Part shown: in pieces, positions 1 through 4,658 of the stretch
Numbering within the stretch: position 1 is the first letter of the stretch
Layout: each line of letters opens with the position of its first letter
NCBI GenBank assembly: GCA_002392285.1
Contig: DGGR01000025.1
Span: 1-6,137, forward strand
Direction: 5' to 3'
From: Verrucomicrobia bacterium UBA3869
Lineage (GTDB): Bacteria; Verrucomicrobiota; Verrucomicrobiia; Opitutales; UBA9783
DNA: 6,137 nucleotides
The notes under the pieces: model-generated
Told to the model about the DNA's origin: nothing
Database searches by the model: none
The model's input: only the letters and a program-made list of their open reading frames with translations
Position numbers and translations under genes: made by a program

Positions 1-101
1 TCCGCGGCAAGATTTTCCATCCCGTTAATAATAATTGGAATCATATCCCTAAGTAATCTTTTTCGTTGCAAAGGCTATTGCTTTAAGTATTTGATGCAGT
101 C

Positions 102-173
102 ATGTGGGGACGAAAAGTTACTGTTGTCCTAATAGGTATCTGTTTTTATCTATCGCCTTATTATGTAATTGGA
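102..173 (+). other. Predicted signal peptide or signal anchor of the 246-aa protein (residues 1-24)
   Basis: Basic n-region (R4, K5), a 12-residue hydrophobic core, and V-I-G at -3..-1 before S25. It is not a lipobox, because Ile precedes C14. The cleavage site was judged by eye only. Confidence 0.45.
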
Positions 174-842
174 TCATCGCGCATTATTCTGCCCAATCAT
201 TCACAGGAAGAATGGCTGCAAGAAGCGCAACAACGGTTACAGGCTGTTCGTTTTTACAGTCCCAATGCGTATTATCGTTGGAAATTGCAGTTTAAGCACT
301 CTAGAACAGAACGTTATCCTGGCATGCTCACTGGTTGTGTAGAGGGGGACCACCATTACGTTCAAGTAACTTTTTGCAATGGTTCTCAATTGCTATTTGA
401 CAAAACGCATCCGCAATGGATTTTGTACCCCCATCGTCTTTGCCTTTATCCCGAAACGGAATGGGGTGAATCTCTGTCTGCACATATAGCCTTAAACGCC
501 TATGTATTGACAATGGCATTTTTAAATTGGCCAATCCAGTCCTGCGCCCCTTGTCGAAAATTGGGACGAAAAGCAATCCATATTACGCTTGCTAAGGAAT
601 CCTATACTGCGCACGTTTTTTTGGACAAAGCATTCAACACAATTATCCAAGCCGATTTGTACCATCGTGTAACGCATTGTCATCATCGATTCATCCTCAA
701 ACATTTAAAAAAGTTTTCTCAAGGATGGGGGTTGCGAGAAGCTGTTTTTGTTTTTTACCCCAATCCGTCAAGCCAACCGTTACAAACCACCCTCAAGGTA
801 CTATCGGTTGATACACGAAAACCCTGCAAATCGTCTCATTAA
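102..842 (+). CDS. Hypothetical exported Cys/His-rich protein (246 aa), family not recognised
   Basis: Uninterrupted 246-codon ORF ending in a tandem stop, TAA TAG (840-845). The N-terminus looks like a signal peptide or signal anchor: MWGRK, then the hydrophobic stretch VTVVLIGICFYL, then SPYYVIG/SS. The predicted mature part has alternating-hydrophobicity strand-like segments, 8 Cys and 15 His by hand count, and CAPC and HCHH motifs. No well-spaced Shine-Dalgarno precedes ATG 102. No other in-frame Met occurs before residue 75, and starting there would remove the signal sequence. Confidence 0.6.
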   Translation: MWGRKVTVVLIGICFYLSPYYVIGSSRIILPNHSQEEWLQEAQQRLQAVRFYSPNAYYRWKLQFKHSRTERYPGMLTGCVEGDHHYVQVTFCNGSQLLFDKTHPQWILYPHRLCLYPETEWGESLSAHIALNAYVLTMAFLNWPIQSCAPCRKLGRKAIHITLAKESYTAHVFLDKAFNTIIQADLYHRVTHCHHRFILKHLKKFSQGWGLREAVFVFYPNPSSQPLQTTLKVLSVDTRKPCKSSH

Positions 843-908
843 TAGCGGGATAACCCATAGCCTTATTTCAAGGTTTGACGTATCTACAGGAATGATAGAT
901 GCTAGGGC

Positions 909-968
909 ATGAGAAAGGTTTCGCAAATTATTCTGTACGGGATAATGGTGTCGGGATCGCTCATAGCT
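909..968 (+). other. Predicted Sec-type signal peptide of the 774-aa protein (residues 1-20)
   Basis: MRK n-region, hydrophobic core VSQIILYGIMVSGSLIA, and small Ala at -1 before T21-P22. Judged by eye only. Confidence 0.5.
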
Positions 969-3233
969 ACTCCTATCGATTTTTCAGCCGAACAAGTAGC
1001 CATCAAACTAGGGTTGTTGGCATTAGCGGAAACAAATCTAACCCCTCATGTATTGGATGTACCTCCAGCAGGGTTTACCTGTCGTCGCTTACTCGCTCAA
1101 GTCCTGTGTTATAAGGGTGACTTCCTTTCTATGCACCATCAGTTGCGTTTAACTCCACCTGATGCGAGCCATGCATTTTTAACCAGTTGGTATGAATGGA
1201 ACACCCACAAGCGGGTTTATTTACTACCGCTCCTATTCGCGCCTCAATCCTCTTTGTTGGGTCAATTCTTATCGGACTATAATGTCGTAGTGTTGGAGCC
1301 TGTAGGCTCTCCCAAATGGGCTCAATTTTGGACCCGACATCAATGGCAGCACCTACCATCCTCTTGGAAACGGCTTGCCTTACAAATCAAAGAAACGATC
1401 ATGCAAGGGAAAGGGAACAACCTTTCTGTCGCCTCATCCAATCTCAATCAAACAATCCGTGATTTATTTCGCTCAGGTCGCTACGAAGACCTATATCAAG
1501 TTTTAATTCAAAATTATGCTAAGCTGGAAGAAACCCAGTGGATTTATTGGATGCTCCAAATAAAACAGGCGATTCAAGCACCGGTTGATGATGCAATCCT
1601 TACATACCTCAATCGTGCATCGGTAACCCAGCAAAGCATTCATCCTGTATTAAAATACTGGCTGAAACAAACCCCCAACAATCAACGTTCTCAGCTCCTT
1701 TACCAATTGTATTGGGTTTATAAAAACAAAAATGCGGCTATCCATGCTCAATATCTCAAGTTATTACAAGTCCAAAGCCTTATTCAAATAAAATCGGTTA
1801 CATTGGCTCAACAAGCTATGGATAAGCTTAAAAACGTCGATCCATCGCTACAATGGATGGCAGATAGTATTGCAGCGCAAATAGCTCTGTCGGAAACGCC
1901 GCCGAATTACTCAACTGCTGCCTATTTATTTGAACAAGCGAGCCAAAAAGCTCCGGATAAGCACCAACGCTACGAATGCGAACTGCTAGCGTTTCGTTGT
2001 TATAACCTAGCAGGCAATTATGAGCGCGGATACGCACTGTATCAAAACTACTTTTGGCACGCAGCTCAGTTCAACAACTTTCCACCCGAATCGTTTATTA
2101 AAGAAGGGTGTTTTTGCGGTATTTTAGGCCATCAAAGTGCTGCAAGCCTTGAAAAAGACCTACAGGGGTATGAAGCTAAACTGTTGTTATCGAGCGCCAC
2201 CCTACGTTCTATTCGATTTGCATGGATTCGTCATAATTTTGAAGCAGGCAATACAACAGAAGTCTTAGAATACCTGCAACAGCCTGTATTTCACATGCCA
2301 TTCTATCGTACCGATGCAACGCTTTACTGCTCCAAATGTTTGCTAAAAGCAGGATTGGTGCAGCAAGCCGATACCGTTTTAAACGCCCTTAAGCCCAACG
2401 AACTGGCTCCTATCCATCAAGCGGATTATTACTTGCTCAAAGGCTACATCGCTCAAGCAGCAAACCATAACGCAGCGGCTCATCAGGCATTACAAAGCTT
2501 TTTTAACATTACAGGGGCACTGCCAATCGATCTTAGGGCTCAGGCAACCTTACTACAAGCCCAATTGTATGCTAACGACCACAATCCGTTGAAAGCCAAA
2601 CAAATCCTATTGGATTTCTTGCCTCAAACCAATCTCGAATGGTATCCGTTTATTGCCTTTCAAGCAGGGTGTTACAGCGAGCGTATAAAACCAATCAATT
2701 GCGATGAGGTATTGGGTATTTTTAAAGAACTTTATTTACGGCAACCAAATCATCCGCTAGCGAAAGATGGGCAAATTAAATCCGGACTCGTGCTACTGCA
2801 ACAAAATCGTCCACAAATAGCCCAGATTATTCTTGAAGACCTACTGCCCCATGTGAATGGAGAACAAGCACTTTGGGTCCGTTATTTGATTCAAAAATGC
2901 AAAATTATCGGCAACAATCAACCCTTAGACCTTTCTCAAGCTAAATTAGAAGCATTATTGGACAATCCCATGTCGCTAGCTCTTCAACTAGAAATAGAGC
3001 TTCAATTGGCTTTTGTGCAACAAGCTATGGGGGATCTCCCTGCCATGCAAAGCACCTTGTTGCAAGCCTGCCGACCGTTATTTGAAGATAATGCTCGAGA
3101 ATTTACCTCTGTTGAGCTTTATTGGTTCAAACGCTGCCTGTTTACCTTATATCGATACACAACAGATCCTCAAATGGCCCAACAAATCTATGGGTTTTTG
3201 CAAGAATTAGGATTTGTGGAGGTTCCTCAATGA
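909..3233 (+). CDS. Exported TPR-like repeat protein (774 aa), Gln/Leu/Ala-rich, function unknown
   Basis: A 775-codon open frame is the longest in the window. An in-frame TAG at 903-905 makes ATG 909 the first possible start. The N-terminus MRKVSQIILYGIMVSGSLIA/TP resembles a Sec signal peptide. The C-terminal two thirds show recurring TPR-type helix ends, for example AQQAMDKLKNVDP, AAYLFEQASQKAP, ADTVLNALKP and AKQILLDFLP. Confidence 0.8.
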   Translation: MRKVSQIILYGIMVSGSLIATPIDFSAEQVAIKLGLLALAETNLTPHVLDVPPAGFTCRRLLAQVLCYKGDFLSMHHQLRLTPPDASHAFLTSWYEWNTHKRVYLLPLLFAPQSSLLGQFLSDYNVVVLEPVGSPKWAQFWTRHQWQHLPSSWKRLALQIKETIMQGKGNNLSVASSNLNQTIRDLFRSGRYEDLYQVLIQNYAKLEETQWIYWMLQIKQAIQAPVDDAILTYLNRASVTQQSIHPVLKYWLKQTPNNQRSQLLYQLYWVYKNKNAAIHAQYLKLLQVQSLIQIKSVTLAQQAMDKLKNVDPSLQWMADSIAAQIALSETPPNYSTAAYLFEQASQKAPDKHQRYECELLAFRCYNLAGNYERGYALYQNYFWHAAQFNNFPPESFIKEGCFCGILGHQSAASLEKDLQGYEAKLLLSSATLRSIRFAWIRHNFEAGNTTEVLEYLQQPVFHMPFYRTDATLYCSKCLLKAGLVQQADTVLNALKPNELAPIHQADYYLLKGYIAQAANHNAAAHQALQSFFNITGALPIDLRAQATLLQAQLYANDHNPLKAKQILLDFLPQTNLEWYPFIAFQAGCYSERIKPINCDEVLGIFKELYLRQPNHPLAKDGQIKSGLVLLQQNRPQIAQIILEDLLPHVNGEQALWVRYLIQKCKIIGNNQPLDLSQAKLEALLDNPMSLALQLEIELQLAFVQQAMGDLPAMQSTLLQACRPLFEDNAREFTSVELYWFKRCLFTLYRYTTDPQMAQQIYGFLQELGFVEVPQ
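1776..3230 (+). repeat. Protein-level array of roughly 12-13 helical-hairpin (TPR-like) repeats inside the 774-aa CDS
   Basis: Helix-terminating prolines occur at residues 312, 349, 392/393, 459, 496, 539, 572, 613, 647, 687 and 723. Apart from one larger 393-to-459 gap that probably hides a repeat without a terminal Pro, they are spaced 33-43 residues apart. Each is preceded by an A-x-x-[AILV]-[LMF]-x-x-[LFA] type amphipathic segment, matching the A20/F24/A27/P32 logic of TPR motifs. There is no repeat at the nucleotide level. Confidence 0.5.
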
Positions 3234-3247
3234 ACCAACGACCATGA
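3218..3247 (+). promoter_or_regulatory. Candidate translational-coupling element: GGAGG, then a 5-codon mini-ORF (MNQRP) joined by ATGA overlaps to both flanking genes
   Basis: GGAGG lies at 3218-3222. After 7 nt comes ATG at 3230-3232, which overlaps the gene 2 stop TGA (3231-3233). The mini-ORF reads ATG AAC CAA CGA CCA TGA. Its TGA (3245-3247) overlaps the ATG of the oxidoreductase gene (3244-3246). All of this was read directly from the sequence, but function is unproven. Confidence 0.3.
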
Positions 3248-4620
3248 ATAATTGGGATGTTATTATTATAGGTGCCGGTTTATCAGGCCTAGGAGCAGGT
3301 ATTCGGTTGGCCATTGCCAATAAAAAAGTACTGATGATAGAACAGCATTCGGTTGTTGGTGGACTCAATAGCTTTTTTGTCAAAAACGGCATCCTCTATG
3401 ATGTTGGCTTGCATGCCATGACCAATTTTGTCCCTCGTGGAGCACCCCATCACCCACTTACTCAATTATGCCGCCAATTGCGCATCCCTTACGAAGCACT
3501 TCAGTTGGAAGAACAACGAGCCTCTAAAATCCAATTCCCAGGCGTTACCTTAACCTTTACTAACCAATTTGAACAATTCTTGTCCGATGTCCGAATCTAT
3601 TTTCCACAAGAAATAGATGGCTTATTAAAGCTCGATGCAGCGGTAATGGCTTATGATGACCGTACATTGGAACCAACCCCTTTTATATCCACCTGTAAAA
3701 CCTTGCCTCAATGGATCCACGATCCTCTGCTGCAAAACATGCTGTTATTACCTTTGTTGTATTATGGCAGTGCGCATACCGACGATATCGATTGGCGCCA
3801 ATTCTGCACCCTCTATAAGGCTATTTATAAAGAAGGATTCGCGCGCCCCAAGGGAGGCATTCGCCCTCTATTAAAGCTGCTGGTACAACAATATCATACT
3901 TATGGAGGTGTTTTACGGCTAAAAACCCCTATTCAATCCATTGTATTGGAAGGGAACAAAGCCACAGGGGTTCTATTGCAATCCGGAGAAGTCCTGCACG
4001 CGCACCGCATCCTATCGTCTGCCGGTTATCTCGAAACGCAAGCGCTTGCATCCTCAGTCACCAAGGCACCTCAACCCACCTTGAGTTTTGTCGAAACCAT
4101 AACGGTTTATCCGCAACCACCCCAAGCATTAGGGCTCGATACAACCATCTGCTTCTTTAATCAGCAATCAACGATTCATTATCGTACCCCAGAATCCTTA
4201 ATCGACTTAACAAGCGGTGTCATTTGTATCCCTGAAAATTACGGAACCCATCCGGCACAGAAAACAACGTTACGAACCACCCATTTGGCTAATTATACCG
4301 CCTGGAAGCGGTTATCTCCCTCAGATTATGCAATCAACAAACAAAGTTGCTTAAAGCAATCCCGTATGCACGCTTTTGAGCTATCTCAAGGGGAAGAGCC
4401 CTCAAGTGTTCTGGGGGAAGATGTATTTACGCCACTCACCATTGAACGCTTTACGGGGCACCGTCAGGGTGCTATCTACGGGTCTCCAGATAAAAGGTAC
4501 AATGGCTCTAGCGGCTACGAAAACCTCTACCTTTGCGGCACCGATCAAGGCTTTTTGGGCATCGTCGGCGCCTTATTAAGTGGGATTTCGATTGCTAATT
4601 ATCGCTGCTTAAAAGGGTAA
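3244..4620 (+). CDS. FAD-dependent oxidoreductase, phytoene-desaturase/amine-oxidase superfamily (CrtI-like, COG1233-type); substrate unknown
   Basis: The N-terminal dinucleotide-binding fold reads DVIIIGAGLSGLGAG (GxGxxG at nt 3271-3288). It is followed by VLMIEQHSVVGGL, with an acidic residue at the end of beta2 and then GG. An internal RPKGGIRPLL segment and the C-terminal flavin motif LYLCGTDQGFLGIVGALLSGISIA are typical of the CrtI/RetSat-like family. I chose ATG 3244 as the start because it places the Rossmann strand 4 residues from the N-terminus. The ORF track's TTG 3214 is an alternative start that would overlap gene 2 by 20 nt. Confidence 0.85.
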   Translation: MNNWDVIIIGAGLSGLGAGIRLAIANKKVLMIEQHSVVGGLNSFFVKNGILYDVGLHAMTNFVPRGAPHHPLTQLCRQLRIPYEALQLEEQRASKIQFPGVTLTFTNQFEQFLSDVRIYFPQEIDGLLKLDAAVMAYDDRTLEPTPFISTCKTLPQWIHDPLLQNMLLLPLLYYGSAHTDDIDWRQFCTLYKAIYKEGFARPKGGIRPLLKLLVQQYHTYGGVLRLKTPIQSIVLEGNKATGVLLQSGEVLHAHRILSSAGYLETQALASSVTKAPQPTLSFVETITVYPQPPQALGLDTTICFFNQQSTIHYRTPESLIDLTSGVICIPENYGTHPAQKTTLRTTHLANYTAWKRLSPSDYAINKQSCLKQSRMHAFELSQGEEPSSVLGEDVFTPLTIERFTGHRQGAIYGSPDKRYNGSSGYENLYLCGTDQGFLGIVGALLSGISIANYRCLKG

Positions 4621-4658
4621 CGTTAGACGTTAACTGAAAAAGCATGAGGCACAAGGGC

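Noticed and set aside
1-132. Edge-truncated ORFs at the left border: + frame 1 is open from 1 to TAA 130-132 (...IPLIIIGIISLSNLFRCKGYCFKYLMQSCGDEKLLLS), and a - strand ATG at 44-42 reads MIPIIINGMENLAA... out of the window
   Set aside because: Both are too short (43 and 14 codons) to distinguish from chance and have no diagnostic motif. Each excludes the other as an explanation of the same bases. More upstream sequence is needed.
104-704. Track ORFs 104-295 (+), 328-576 (-) and 522-704 (-), all overlapping the 246-aa gene
   Set aside because: They are short and lie entirely within the longer frame on alternative or antisense frames. Their compositions are low-complexity or odd, and they contain no recognisable motifs. 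I treat them as shadow ORFs.
859-875. Small hairpin AGCCTT-ATTTC-AAGGTT after the 246-aa gene
   Set aside because: It has a 6-bp stem including a G-U wobble, with no following T-run and low GC. It is not a credible intrinsic terminator.
875-901. TTGACG (875-880) with TG-n-TAGATG (893-901) as an internal promoter for the 774-aa gene
   Set aside because: The spacer is 15 nt and the -10 matches at only 3 of 6 positions. This is too weak to call, and co-transcription with the upstream gene is equally plausible.
899-2037. Track ORFs 899-1114 (+), 1129-1359 (-) and 1828-2037 (-), all overlapping the 774-aa gene
   Set aside because: They are shadow ORFs inside a 775-codon frame. The 899 ORF is Ser/Arg-rich with no motif. 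Its well-spaced AGGA is noted as a finding, but I do not call it a gene.
1809-3030. Exact 13-nt repeat CAACAAGCTATGG at 1809-1821 and 3018-3030
   Set aside because: Both copies encode Q-Q-A-M within TPR-like helices. A single 13-mer coincidence is not unexpected in about 6 kb, and the flanking bases differ. It is not a mobile-element or recombination signature.
3124-3132. GGTTCAAAC, which resembles a tRNA T-loop
   Set aside because: The flanking bases do not form a T-stem or acceptor stem, and the sequence lies inside the TPR CDS. I found no tRNA.
3214-3243. TTG 3214 as the flavoprotein start (MWRFLNEPTT extension)
   Set aside because: It would overlap gene 2 by 20 nt and has only AGGA one nt upstream. 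It also adds 10 residues before a Rossmann strand that normally sits at the extreme N-terminus. I prefer ATG 3244 but cannot exclude TTG 3214.
3013-3392. Track ORFs 3013-3210 (+) and 3207-3392 (-)
   Set aside because: They overlap the 3' end of the TPR gene and the Rossmann-fold region of the flavoprotein gene on other frames, and nothing supports them as coding.
3653-4579. Track ORFs 3653-3874 (+) and 4376-4579 (+), inside the flavoprotein gene
   Set aside because: They are alternative-frame ORFs within a CDS whose own frame carries clear FAD-binding motifs from end to end.
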